A stretch of DNA of 64,000 nucleotides. Origin: Alphaproteobacteria bacterium (GTDB lineage Bacteria; Pseudomonadota; Alphaproteobacteria; UBA828). The notes beneath the pieces were generated by a model, which had not been told where the DNA came from, made no database searches, and saw only the letters and a list, made by a program, of their open reading frames with translations. This document shows, one piece after another, positions 38,258 to 47,990 of this stretch. Numbering within the stretch: position 1 is the first letter of the stretch; the number at the start of each line of letters is the position of its first letter. Location: contig CBDCRW010000007.1 of the NCBI GenBank assembly GCA_965221125.1, positions 288,001 through 352,000 on the forward strand. Direction: 5' to 3'. The position numbers were made by a program, and so were the translations under genes.

Positions 38258-39735
38258 TCGCGACTCATCTGCCGGTGCTCCAGGTGGCGGTGCCGCTGAT
38301 CGCGGCGCCGGTCTGCGTGCTGCTGCGGCGCGGCAACTACGCCTGGGCCTTCACCACCGTGGTCTGCTGGGGGCTGCTCGCCATCGCGGCGCTGCTGCTC
38401 GAGCAGGTGATGACCGGGGGCACGATCTCCTACCGCCTCGGCGGCTGGGCGCCCCCCATCGGCATCGAGTACCGGCTGGATGGCGTCAACGCCTTCGTCC
38501 TGCTGATCCTCGCCGGCACCGCCGCGCTGATGATGCCCTACGCCAAGCAGAGCGTGGAGCGGGAGGTGCGGCCCGAGCGCCGCCACCTCTTCTACGCGAT
38601 CTTCCTGCTGGCGCTGACCGGCCTGCTCGGCATCACCGCGACGGGCGATGCCTTCAACGTCTACGTCTTTCTCGAGATCTCCTCGCTCGCGAGCTACGTG
38701 CTGATCGCGCAGGGCAAGCGCAGGCGGGCGCTCACGGCCTCTTATCAATACCTCATCATCGGCACCATCGGCGCCTCGCTGATCCTGATCGGCGTGGGCT
38801 TCCTCTACGCCAAGACCGGCACGCTGAACATCGCGGACCTCGGTGCGCGTGTGCCGGCGCTGGGCGAGACGCCGGCGATCCTCACCGCGTTCGCCTTCAT
38901 CACCGTCGGCGTGCTGATCAAGCTCGCGCTCTTCCCCTTCCACGTCTGGCTGCCCAACGCCTACGCCTACGCGCCCTCCATGGTGAGCGCGTTCCTCGCG
39001 GCGACGGCGACCAAGGTCGGCGCCTACATGCTGCTCCGCTTCGTCTTCACGGTGTTCGGCGTGCACTTCGCCTTCGACACAATGCCGCTGACGGAGATCC
39101 TGCTCGCGCTCTCGCTCATCGCGGTGCTCGCGGGCTCGCTCGTCGCCGTCTTCCAGAGCGATCTGAAGCGCCTGCTGGCGTTCTCCAGCGTGGGCCAGAT
39201 CGGCTACCTCGGCGTCGGCATCGGCCTCGCGTCGGTGACCGGCGTGACCGGCGCGCTGGTCCACGTCTTCAACCACGCGCTGATGAAGGGCGGGCTCTTC
39301 CTCGCCGCCGGCGCCATCGCCTACCGCCTGGGCGCGACCGACTTGAGCGCGCTGCACGGCCTCGGCCGGCGCATGCCGTTCACCATGGCGGCGGTGGTGA
39401 TCGGCGGCCTCGGTCTGGTCGGCGTGCCCATCACGTCCGGCTTCGTGAGCAAGTGGTATCTGGTGCAGGCCGCGTTCGAGGAAGGGCTTTGGCCGGTGGC
39501 GCTTTTCGTGCTCGTGGGCTCGCTGATCGCTTTGGCTTACATGGGCCGCGTGATCGAGGCCGCCTACTTCCGCCCGGCCCCGCCGGACGCCGAGCCGGTG
39601 CAGGAGGCGCCCTGGGCGATGCAGCTCTCGACCTGGGCGATGATCGCGGGCTCGGTCTACTTCGGACTCCACACGGAGCTTACCGTCGGCATCGCCGAGC
39701 GCGCGGCGGCGGTGTTGCTGGGTGGCGTGCCATGA
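38254..39735 (+). CDS. mnhD: Mrp/Mnh antiporter subunit D
   Basis: GGWAPPIGIE, DAFNVYVFLEI, WLPNAY, SKWYL. Confidence 0.9.
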   Translation: MIATHLPVLQVAVPLIAAPVCVLLRRGNYAWAFTTVVCWGLLAIAALLLEQVMTGGTISYRLGGWAPPIGIEYRLDGVNAFVLLILAGTAALMMPYAKQSVEREVRPERRHLFYAIFLLALTGLLGITATGDAFNVYVFLEISSLASYVLIAQGKRRRALTASYQYLIIGTIGASLILIGVGFLYAKTGTLNIADLGARVPALGETPAILTAFAFITVGVLIKLALFPFHVWLPNAYAYAPSMVSAFLAATATKVGAYMLLRFVFTVFGVHFAFDTMPLTEILLALSLIAVLAGSLVAVFQSDLKRLLAFSSVGQIGYLGVGIGLASVTGVTGALVHVFNHALMKGGLFLAAGAIAYRLGATDLSALHGLGRRMPFTMAAVVIGGLGLVGVPITSGFVSKWYLVQAAFEEGLWPVALFVLVGSLIALAYMGRVIEAAYFRPAPPDAEPVQEAPWAMQLSTWAMIAGSVYFGLHTELTVGIAERAAAVLLGGVP

Positions 39736-41195
39736 GCCACGCGGCGCAGCTTCTCGCAGCTCCCGCGGTGCCGATCGCGGGCGCGCTCCTGATCTGGGCG
39801 ACGGCGCGCCGGCCCGTGCTGCAGGAGGCGGTCTCCGTCGTCACCGCGGTGGCGCTCTTCGGCCTCGTGCTCTCGCTGGCGCCTGCGGTGGCGGGGGGCG
39901 GCACGCCCCGCGTCGCGCTCTTCGACATCGTGCCGGGGCTGCCCATCGCGTTCGTGCTGGAGCCGCTCGGCATGCTGTTCGCGCTGATCGCCTCCTTCCT
40001 CTGGATCGTGACGACGGTCTATTCCATCGGCTACGTCCGCGCCAACGAGGAGGGCCACCGCACCCGCTACTACGTCTGCTTCGCGGCGGCGCTCGCGAGC
40101 GCCATCGGCGTCGCCTTCGCCGGCAACATGTTCACGCTGTTCCTGTTCTACGAGGCGCTGACGCTGTCGACCTATCCGCTGGTGACCCACAGCGGCACGG
40201 ACGAGGCGCGCCGCGCGGGCCGGACCTACCTCGGCATCCTGCTCTCGACCTCCATCCTGCTGCAGCTCTTCGCGATCCTCTGGACCTGGGTGGAAGCCGG
40301 GACGCTCGACTTCCGCATGGGCGGCATCCTCGCCGGCGCGGTGAGCGAGCGCACCGCCGCCGTGCTGCTGGTGCTCTACATGTTCGGCATCGGCAAGGCG
40401 GCGCTCATGCCGCTCCATGCCTGGCTGCCGGCGGCGATGGTGGCGCCGACGCCGGTAAGCGCCCTGCTGCACGCGGTCGCCGTGGTCAAGGCCGGCGTCT
40501 TCACGGTTCTCAAGGTGCTGGTCTACATCTTCGGCATCGACTTTCTCAGGGCGATGGCGGGGAGCGAGTGGCTGATCGCGGTCGCGGCCGCCACCATCGT
40601 GATCGCCTCGCTGATCGCGCTGCGCCAGGACGACCTGAAGCGCCGCCTCGCGTACTCGACCGTGAGCCAGCTTGCCTACGTGGTGCTGGGCGGCGCGCTC
40701 GCGACCAGTGCCGGCGTTGTCGGCGGGGCCATGCACATCGCCACGCACGCCTTCGGCAAGATCACGCTCTTCTTCTGCGCGGGCGCGATCTACACCGCCG
40801 CCCACAAGCGGCTGGTGAGCGAGCTCGACGGCATCGGCTACCGCATGCCGGTGACCATGGGCGCGTTCGCCGTGGGCGCGCTCGGGCTGATCGGGCTGCC
40901 GCCCTTCGCCGCGCTCTGGAGCAAGTGGTATCTCGTGACCGGCGCCGACGACGGCAGCCACATCGCGGTGATCGCGGTGCTGCTCGGCAGCTCGCTGCTG
41001 AACGCGCTCTACTTCGTGCCGATCCTCGCCCGCGCCTTCTTCCCGGCCACCGGCATGCCGGTGGCGGCAGGCCGCGCCGAGGCGCCCCTGCCGATCCTCG
41101 CGGCGACGCTCGTGGCCGCGCTCGGCACGGCCGCGCTCTTCTTCTATCCGCAGGCGCTGCTCACCCTCGTGCAGCCCCTCGCAGGAACGCCGTAA
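39732..41195 (+). CDS. Mrp/Mnh D/A-family proton-conducting subunit
   Basis: WLPAAMVAPTPVSALLHAVAVVKAG, LAYSTVSQL. ATGA overlap at 39732. Confidence 0.9.
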   Translation: MSHAAQLLAAPAVPIAGALLIWATARRPVLQEAVSVVTAVALFGLVLSLAPAVAGGGTPRVALFDIVPGLPIAFVLEPLGMLFALIASFLWIVTTVYSIGYVRANEEGHRTRYYVCFAAALASAIGVAFAGNMFTLFLFYEALTLSTYPLVTHSGTDEARRAGRTYLGILLSTSILLQLFAILWTWVEAGTLDFRMGGILAGAVSERTAAVLLVLYMFGIGKAALMPLHAWLPAAMVAPTPVSALLHAVAVVKAGVFTVLKVLVYIFGIDFLRAMAGSEWLIAVAAATIVIASLIALRQDDLKRRLAYSTVSQLAYVVLGGALATSAGVVGGAMHIATHAFGKITLFFCAGAIYTAAHKRLVSELDGIGYRMPVTMGAFAVGALGLIGLPPFAALWSKWYLVTGADDGSHIAVIAVLLGSSLLNALYFVPILARAFFPATGMPVAAGRAEAPLPILAATLVAALGTAALFFYPQALLTLVQPLAGTP

Positions 41196-41204
41196 GAGAC
41201 CGCC

Positions 41205-41447
41205 ATGAAGAAGAAATACTGGCTCGACGAACGCCGCAACGTGATGCGCCTCATCTGGTTCTTCGCGGCGCTCTGCCTCGGCGTGCTGGTGATCGACGCC
41301 GGCTTCAACCGGAAGGACGAGTTCTTCTGGGAGGGCTGGTTCGGCTTCTACGGCTTCTTCGGCTTCATCGCCTGCGTGGTGCTGGTGCTCGCGGCGAAGG
41401 AGCTGCGCCGGATGGTGATGCGGCGCGAGGACTACTATGACGAGTAG
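41205..41447 (+). CDS. Small membrane protein of the Mrp operon
   Basis: GFYGFFGFIACV...MRREDYYD, coupled to flanking genes. Confidence 0.75.
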   Translation: MKKKYWLDERRNVMRLIWFFAALCLGVLVIDAGFNRKDEFFWEGWFGFYGFFGFIACVVLVLAAKELRRMVMRREDYYDE

Positions 41448-43131
41448 CATTCCGCCCGCCTTCGTCTTCCTCGTCGCGGCCGTTCTCGTCCTGCTGCTGC
41501 CGGGAGGGCTGCGCCGCCTGCTCGTCCCGGCCGTGCCGCTCTTGGGCGGGATCAACCTCTGGTTCGTGTGGAGCGGGGGCGGCGGGCTCGATGTCCCCCT
41601 GCTGGATGCGCGGCTGGAACTGCTCCGCGCCGACAAGCTGAGCCTGCTCTTCGGCCTCCTCTTCCATATCGCGGCGTTCCTCGGCGCGGTCTTCGCCTTC
41701 CACGTGCGGGACCGGCTGCAGCAGGCGGGCATGCTGCTCTACGCCGGCTCGGCGCTCGGCGCCGTGTTCGCGGGCGACCTCATCACCCTCGTCATCTTCT
41801 GGGAGGGCGCCACGCTCGGCTCGGTGCTGCTGATCCTCGCCCGCCGCGAACCCCGCGCGGTGCGGGCCGCCATGCGCTACCTGGTGTTCCAGCTCGTCTC
41901 CGGCCTGCTGCTGCTGGGCGGCGCGATCATCGTGATCGGCGACACCGGGTCTGCCGCCTTCGACCACATCGGCATCGGCAGCCTCGGCGGCGTGCTGATC
42001 TTCGTTGCCTTCGGCATCAAGTGCGGCTTCCCGCTGGTGCACACCTGGCTCACCGACGCCTACCCGGAAGCGACGCCGACCGGCATGGTCTTCCTGAGCG
42101 CGTTCACGACCAAGCTCGCGGTCTACGCGCTGGCGCGGGGCTATGCCGGCACCGAGGTGCTGATCCCCATCGGCACGGCGATGACGGCGTTTCCCATCTT
42201 CTACGCGGTGATCGAGAACGACCTCCGCCGTGTGCTCGCCTACAGCATGATCAACCAGATCGGCTTCATGGTGGTGGGCATCGGCATCGGCACGTCGCTC
42301 GCGCTGAACGGCGCCGTCTCCCACGCCTTCAACGACGTGATCTTCAAGGGCCTGCTGCTCATGTCCATGGGCGCGGTGCTGCACCAGACCGGCAAGATCA
42401 ACGGCTCGGAACTCGGCGGGCTCTACAAGTCGATGCCGCAGACCACCGGGCTCTGCATCGTGGGCGCGGCCTCGATCTCGGCCTTCCCGCTGTTCTCCGG
42501 CTTCGTCAGCAAGTCGATGGTGATGAGCGCGGCCGCGGCCGAGGGCTACTGGATCGTCTGGATCCTGCTGCTCTTTGCCTCCGCCGGCGTCTTCCACCAC
42601 GCCGGCATCAAGATCCCCTACTTCGCCTTCTTCGCCCACGACAGCGGCATCCGCACCCGCGAGCCGCCGCTCAACATGCGCATCGCCATGGCGATAGCGG
42701 CAATCCTCTGCATCGTCATCGGCTGCTACCCGGCGTGGCTCTACTCGCTGCTGCCGTGGGAGGTGGGCTACGTGCCCTACACCGGCAGCCACGTGCTGGT
42801 GCAGGTGCAGCTCCTGTTCTTCTCGGCCCTGGCCTTCGCCTTCCTCAACCTGGTGGGGCTCTATCCGCCGGAGCTGCGCTCGGCGAACATCGACAGTGAC
42901 TGGCTCTACCGGCGCCTCGTGCCGGGGGCAGCGCGGCGTATCGAAAGCGTGGCGGCCGCGCTGGCCGGGTTCGCCCGCGAACGGTCCACGCGCGGCCTCG
43001 ATCGCCTGTTCTACGCACTCGCCCAGCAGCACAGGCCGGGCGGCGTGCTGGCGCGCACCTGGCCCACCGGCGCCGCCGCGCTCTGGATCCTGGTGCTGCT
43101 TGGCGCCTGCCTGGTCATCTACTACGTTTAG
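41437..43131 (+). CDS. Mrp/Mnh D-family subunit
   Basis: HTWLTDAYPEATPTG.VFLSAFTTK, ENDLRRVLAYS. Confidence 0.9.
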   Translation: MTSSIPPAFVFLVAAVLVLLLPGGLRRLLVPAVPLLGGINLWFVWSGGGGLDVPLLDARLELLRADKLSLLFGLLFHIAAFLGAVFAFHVRDRLQQAGMLLYAGSALGAVFAGDLITLVIFWEGATLGSVLLILARREPRAVRAAMRYLVFQLVSGLLLLGGAIIVIGDTGSAAFDHIGIGSLGGVLIFVAFGIKCGFPLVHTWLTDAYPEATPTGMVFLSAFTTKLAVYALARGYAGTEVLIPIGTAMTAFPIFYAVIENDLRRVLAYSMINQIGFMVVGIGIGTSLALNGAVSHAFNDVIFKGLLLMSMGAVLHQTGKINGSELGGLYKSMPQTTGLCIVGAASISAFPLFSGFVSKSMVMSAAAAEGYWIVWILLLFASAGVFHHAGIKIPYFAFFAHDSGIRTREPPLNMRIAMAIAAILCIVIGCYPAWLYSLLPWEVGYVPYTGSHVLVQVQLLFFSALAFAFLNLVGLYPPELRSANIDSDWLYRRLVPGAARRIESVAAALAGFARERSTRGLDRLFYALAQQHRPGGVLARTWPTGAAALWILVLLGACLVIYYV

Positions 43132-43170
43132 AGCGCGTCCGACGCCGGCGCGGCAGGGGGCACTGCGGCC

Positions 43171-43821
43171 ATGAAGATGAACGGCGAGTTCCGGGTCCCG
43201 ACCGATCGGGAGACGGTGTGGCGGGCGCTCAACGACCCCGAGGTCCTGAAGGAATGCCTGCCCGGCTGCCAGGAGATCGAGAAGACTTCGGACACCGAGA
43301 TGACCGCGACGCTCGCTCTGAAGGTGGGGCCGGTCAAGGCGACCTTCGCGGGCGGCGTCACCCTCTCCGACCTCGACCCGCCCAACGGCTACACCCTCTC
43401 CGGCCAGGGGCAGGGGGGGACCGCCGGCTTCGCCTCCGGCGAGGCCAAGGTGCGGCTGGTGGAAGAGGGTGGCGAGACGGTCGTGCACTACGACGTGGAT
43501 GCGAAGGTCGGCGGCAAGCTCGCGCAGATCGGCTCGCGCCTCATCGATTCCACGGCGAAGAAGCTCGCCAAGCAGTTCTTCGACAGCCTCGCCGAAAAAC
43601 TCGGCGGCGGCGACGCGGCGGAGCCCGAGCCCGCACCGCCAGCACCCGCCCAGCCGGAGGCGCCGGCTGCCGATGCCCCGGAGCAAGATCCCCCGGCCGC
43701 GGATGCCGGCCCGCCGCTCGCCCCGGCGGCAAAGCGCATGGGCCTCCCCACCGCGGCCTGGGCGGCGGCGGTGGTCGCGGTCGCCGTGGTCCTGATCCTC
43801 GTGTTCACCGGCGTGATCTGA
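43171..43821 (+). CDS. coxG: CoxG/SRPBCC protein with Pro/Ala linker and C-terminal TM anchor
   Basis: VWRALNDPEVLKECLPGC, GGKLAQIGSRLID. Confidence 0.88.
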   Translation: MKMNGEFRVPTDRETVWRALNDPEVLKECLPGCQEIEKTSDTEMTATLALKVGPVKATFAGGVTLSDLDPPNGYTLSGQGQGGTAGFASGEAKVRLVEEGGETVVHYDVDAKVGGKLAQIGSRLIDSTAKKLAKQFFDSLAEKLGGGDAAEPEPAPPAPAQPEAPAADAPEQDPPAADAGPPLAPAAKRMGLPTAAWAAAVVAVAVVLILVFTGVI

Positions 43822-43828
43822 GCCGCGC

Positions 43829-44296
43829 GTGGTGGTGGTGGCGATTGCCGGGCCTGCGGGGGAGCGGGACGCGATGGCGACACGGCTGATCGAGACGCTG
43901 GCCGCCCGCGGCCGCCGCGTCGCCGTTATCGCCGCGAGCGAAGGGCCGCTCGGCATCGACACGCCCGGCAAGGACAGCCACGAGCACGCCGCCGCCGGCG
44001 CACGCGATGTCCTCGTGGTCTCCGGCCGGCGCTGGGCGCGCATCCATCGCAACGACCCGCCGGAGCCGCCCCGCTCGTCCGCCCTCGCCGCGCTGGCGGC
44101 GGATGCCGACGTGGTGCTGGCGCTGGGCTTCGACGACCATGCCCCGCCCCGGCTCACGCTGGAACGCGGGCCCGAAGGCGAGGCGGGCGCGGGGCTTCGG
44201 GTGCTGGCGGAGGACGGGCGCGGGCCGGGCTTTCACCTTGACAACCCGGAGGCGATCGCCGATCTGATCGAGCGTCTTTCCGAGGAACGCTCCTGA
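43829..44296 (+). CDS. mobB: Divergent MobB-like protein
   Basis: IDTPGKDS..H..AGA..V.V.S..RWA motif. P-loop degenerate. Confidence 0.6.
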   Translation: MVVVAIAGPAGERDAMATRLIETLAARGRRVAVIAASEGPLGIDTPGKDSHEHAAAGARDVLVVSGRRWARIHRNDPPEPPRSSALAALAADADVVLALGFDDHAPPRLTLERGPEGEAGAGLRVLAEDGRGPGFHLDNPEAIADLIERLSEERS

Positions 44297-44297
44297 C

Positions 44298-45224
44298 ATG
44301 ACGGACGGCGTGGCGATCCCCGCAACCGTCGACGAGACGCTCGCGCTGCTCTCCGGCGGCGACTACGTGGCCGACCGCAACCTCGCGACCAGCCTCTTCG
44401 TCGCCTTCCGCCTCAACCGGCCCTTGTTCCTGGAGGGCGAGGCGGGCGTCGGCAAGACCGCGCTGGCCGGCGTGCTCGCCGAGCGTCTCGGCCGCTCGCT
44501 GCTGCGCCTCCAGTGCTACGAGGGGCTCGACGTCTCGTCCGCCGTCTACGAGTGGAACTACGCGCGGCAGATGATCGAGATTCGCCTCTCGGAGGCGATG
44601 GGCGACCGCGACCGCCAGACCCTCGCCGGCGACATTTTTTCGGAGCGCTTCCTCATCAGTCGGCCGCTGCTGGAGGCGCTGCGCCCGCACGACGCCGGGC
44701 CGCCGGTGCTGCTGATCGACGAGCTCGACCGCGCCGACGAGCCCTTCGAGGCCTTCCTGCTGGAGGTGCTCGCCGACTACCAGATCACGATCCCGGAGAT
44801 CGGCACCATCCGCGCCGCCGAGCCGCCCATCGTGATGATCACGTCCAACCGCACCCGCGAGATTCACGACGCGCTGAAGCGACGCTGCCTCTATCACTGG
44901 ATCGACTACCCGGACGCCCAGCGTGAGCGCGAGATCCTGCGCGTGCGCGTACCCGATGCCGACCCGCGGCTGACCTACGAGGTCGTGGCCTTCGTGCAGC
45001 AGCTCCGCGAGCTGGATTTCTTCAAGTCGCCGGGCGTGGCGGAGAGCATCGACTGGTTGCGCGCGCTCTCGACGCTCGGGCAGGAGAGCCTGGAGCCCGC
45101 AATCGTCGACCAGACCCTCGGCGTCCTGCTCAAGTACCAGGACGACATCGAGAAGGCGCGGGGCGGCGAGACGCGGCGTATCCTTGCGGATGTCGCGGCC
45201 GGGATGGCCGCCGTCGCGGAGTAG
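44298..45224 (+). CDS. coxD: CoxD/MoxR-family AAA+ ATPase
   Basis: LEGEAGVGKT, RLQCYEG, LLIDELDRAD, TSNRTRE..DALKRRC. Confidence 0.88.
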   Translation: MTDGVAIPATVDETLALLSGGDYVADRNLATSLFVAFRLNRPLFLEGEAGVGKTALAGVLAERLGRSLLRLQCYEGLDVSSAVYEWNYARQMIEIRLSEAMGDRDRQTLAGDIFSERFLISRPLLEALRPHDAGPPVLLIDELDRADEPFEAFLLEVLADYQITIPEIGTIRAAEPPIVMITSNRTREIHDALKRRCLYHWIDYPDAQREREILRVRVPDADPRLTYEVVAFVQQLRELDFFKSPGVAESIDWLRALSTLGQESLEPAIVDQTLGVLLKYQDDIEKARGGETRRILADVAAGMAAVAE

Positions 45225-45264
45225 GGCGCGGGCGTCCGTCGCGCGCAACAGGGGAGGAAGCCCG

Positions 45265-45597
45265 ATGAGTGCGGAACACGCCGGGCAGGAAGACATTCTG
45301 GGCACCGCCGCGCGCTGGCGGGACGAGGGCAGGGAGGTTGCGCTCGCCACCGTCATCGCGACCTGGGGCTCCTCGCCCCGCCCCGTGGGCAGCCAGCTCG
45401 TCGCCGACGGCGACGGCCGCTTCGAGGGCTCGGTCTCCGGCGGCTGCATCGAGGGCGCGGTGATCGAGGAGGCGCGCAAGGTCATGGGCGCAGGCCGGCC
45501 GAGCGTGCTCGAGTTCGGCGTCTCCAACGAGCAGGCGTGGGAGGTGGGCCTCGCCTGCGGCGGCACCGTGCGCGTGCTCGTCGAGCGGGTCGAGTGA
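45265..45597 (+). CDS. XdhC/CoxI N-terminal domain protein
   Basis: TWGSSPRPVGS, GSVSGGCIEG, VGLACGG. Confidence 0.9.
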   Translation: MSAEHAGQEDILGTAARWRDEGREVALATVIATWGSSPRPVGSQLVADGDGRFEGSVSGGCIEGAVIEEARKVMGAGRPSVLEFGVSNEQAWEVGLACGGTVRVLVERVE

Positions 45598-45607
45598 GCG
45601 GGCAGCG

Positions 45608-46312
45608 ATGCGCCGCGCGATCCTTGATCGGCTGAACGACGACCGCGCCGCGGACCGCGCAGTCGCCCTCGTCACCGCGCTGGAAGGCGGCGGGCAGGCG
45701 CTGGTCTATCCGGGAGGCGAGGTCGCGGGCGATGCCCTGCCCGAGGCCGTGACGCAGGCGGCGCAGGACGCGCTCCGCGCCGACCGCAGCCGGCAGGTGG
45801 AGGAGGGCGCGGAAACGTGGTTCGTCCACGTCCACAACCCGGCAGCGCGCATGGTCATCGTCGGCGCCGTCCACATCACCCAGGCGCTGGCGGGCATGGC
45901 CGAGGCCGCGGGCTACTCCGTGATCGTCTGCGACCCGCGCCGGGCCTTCGCCGATACCGCGCGCTTCCCCGCCATCGAGGTCTCGACCGAGTGGCCCGAC
46001 GACGCGCTCAACCGGCTCGTGCCCGATCACCGCACGGCGGTGGTCACGCTCACCCACGACCCCAAGATCGACGACCCGGCACTGGAGGTCGCGGTGCGGG
46101 CGCCGGTCTTCTACATCGGCGCGCTGGGCAGCCGGCGGACCCACGGCAAGCGGCTGGAGCGCCTGCGCGAAAAAGGGTTTTCGGACGACGAGCTTGGCCG
46201 CATCCACGCGCCCATCGGCCTTGCCATCGGCGCGCGCTCGCCCGCCGAGATCGCGGTCTCCATCATGGCGGAGGTGACGCAGGTGCGCCGCCAGCCGCCG
46301 GCCGGCTCGTGA
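45608..46312 (+). CDS. XdhC C-terminal (Rossmann) domain protein
   Basis: VGAVHI, LTHDPKIDD, YIGALGSRRT, PIGL.IGARSPAEIA. Confidence 0.9.
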   Translation: MRRAILDRLNDDRAADRAVALVTALEGGGQALVYPGGEVAGDALPEAVTQAAQDALRADRSRQVEEGAETWFVHVHNPAARMVIVGAVHITQALAGMAEAAGYSVIVCDPRRAFADTARFPAIEVSTEWPDDALNRLVPDHRTAVVTLTHDPKIDDPALEVAVRAPVFYIGALGSRRTHGKRLERLREKGFSDDELGRIHAPIGLAIGARSPAEIAVSIMAEVTQVRRQPPAGS

Positions 46313-46322
46313 GGGGCGGCCC

Positions 46323-47990
46323 ATGATCTTCGGCGACGTGCCGGTCGCGGAGGCCGAGGGGCTGATCCTCGCCCACGGCGTGCGCCTGCCGGGCGGCGCC
46401 TTCAAGAAGGGCCGCGTGCTCTCGGCCGACGACATCCGGGTGCTGCAGGGCGCGAAGATCGAGACCGTCTCCGGCGCGCGGCTGGAGCCAGATGACGTGG
46501 GCGAGGACGAGGCGGCGGAGACCGTGGCCCGCGCGGTCTGCGGGCCGGGGCTCACGCTCGGCGATGCCTTCACCGGGCGCTGCAACATCTTTGCGGAGGG
46601 CCACGGGCTCGCGGTGATCGACAGCGCCCGCGTCGATCGACTCAACCTGCTCGACGAGGCGATGACGCTCGGCACCGTGGCGCCCCACGCGCTCGTCGAG
46701 GCGGGCCAGATGGTGGCGACGGTCAAGGTGATCCCCTTCGCCGCTTCTCGTGCCGTCGTCGAGCGCTGCGTCGGGATCGCGGGCGACGGCGGGCCGATGC
46801 TGCGGTTGGCGCCGCTCGCGGCGCGCACGGTCGGCCTGATCCAGACCCGCCTGCCGGGGACGCGCGAGAGCGTGCTCGATTCCACCACGGGCGCGGTCGC
46901 GACGCGCCTCTCCCGGCTCGACGGCGCGCTCGCCGCCGAGGTGCGCTGCGCCCACGACCGCGCGGAGGTGGCGCAGGCGGTGGGCCAGCTTCACAGGCGG
47001 GGCTGCGACGTCATCCTCATCGCCGGCGCGTCCGCCATCGTCGACCGCCGCGACGTGGTACCGGCCGCCGTGGTGGAGGCAGGCGGCGCCATCGACCACT
47101 TCGGCATGCCGGTGGACCCCGGCAACCTGCTGCTTCTGGCCCGCCTCGGCGAGGCGCGGGTGCTCGGGCTCCCCGGCTGCGCACGCTCGCTCAAGCTCAA
47201 CGGCTTCGACTGGGTGCTGCAGCGCATCTTCGCGGGCGTCGACGTCACCGCGTCCGACATCATGCGCATGGGGGCGGGCGGGCTCCTGATGGAGATTCCG
47301 AGCCGGCCGCTACCGCGCAACCGCGCCTCGCCCCGGAGCGCCGCGCGCGTGGACGACGCGGTGGCGCCCGCCGGGCCGCCCCGCATCGCGGCGGTGGTGC
47401 TCGCGGCCGGGCAGTCGCGGCGCATGGGCGCGCTCAACAAGCTCCTGATCGCGGTGGACGGCGAGCCGATGGTGCGCCGCGTCGCGGCGGCAGCTCTGGC
47501 ATCGAAAGCTAAGCCGGTGGTGGTCGTGACCGGCCACGAGGCCGAGCGGGTCCGGGCGGCGCTCGCGGGCCTCGACGTGTCGTTCGCGCACAATCCCGAC
47601 TACGCAGAGGGCATGAGCAGCTCGCTGCAGCGCGGCGTCGAGGCGCTCGATCCGGGGCAGGCCGCCGGGCTTGACGGCGCCGTGGTCTGCCTCGGCGACA
47701 TGCCGCGCACGAGCGCCGACCTGATCGACCGGCTGATCGCCGGCTTCAACCCGTTCGAAGGCCGCGCCATCGGCGTGCCCACCTACCGCGGCAAGCGCGG
47801 CAACCCCGTGCTGTGGGCGCAGCGCTACTTCGGCGAGATCCGCAGCCTCTCGGGCGACGTGGGCGCGCGCCACCTGATCGGCGACCACGCGGACGCGGTG
47901 TACGAGGTCGAGAGCCCCGATCATTCCGTGACCATCGACGTGGATACGCCCGAAGCCCTCGATGCCCTCCGCCCCGCCGCCGCCCGCTGA
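46323..47990 (+). CDS. Molybdopterin-binding + MocA-like cytidylyltransferase fusion
   Basis: GMPVDPGNLL, GLPGCARS; C-terminal VLAAGQSRRMG..NKL, LGDMP, GNPVLW, GDVGAR, DVDTPE. Confidence 0.88.
   Translation: MIFGDVPVAEAEGLILAHGVRLPGGAFKKGRVLSADDIRVLQGAKIETVSGARLEPDDVGEDEAAETVARAVCGPGLTLGDAFTGRCNIFAEGHGLAVIDSARVDRLNLLDEAMTLGTVAPHALVEAGQMVATVKVIPFAASRAVVERCVGIAGDGGPMLRLAPLAARTVGLIQTRLPGTRESVLDSTTGAVATRLSRLDGALAAEVRCAHDRAEVAQAVGQLHRRGCDVILIAGASAIVDRRDVVPAAVVEAGGAIDHFGMPVDPGNLLLLARLGEARVLGLPGCARSLKLNGFDWVLQRIFAGVDVTASDIMRMGAGGLLMEIPSRPLPRNRASPRSAARVDDAVAPAGPPRIAAVVLAAGQSRRMGALNKLLIAVDGEPMVRRVAAAALASKAKPVVVVTGHEAERVRAALAGLDVSFAHNPDYAEGMSSSLQRGVEALDPGQAAGLDGAVVCLGDMPRTSADLIDRLIAGFNPFEGRAIGVPTYRGKRGNPVLWAQRYFGEIRSLSGDVGARHLIGDHADAVYEVESPDHSVTIDVDTPEALDALRPAAAR

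Noticed and set aside
38169-39731. 1008-aa ORF as a fused antiporter subunit
   Set aside because: The N-terminal half is an off-frame overlap of mnhD; the real gene starts at ATG 39732.
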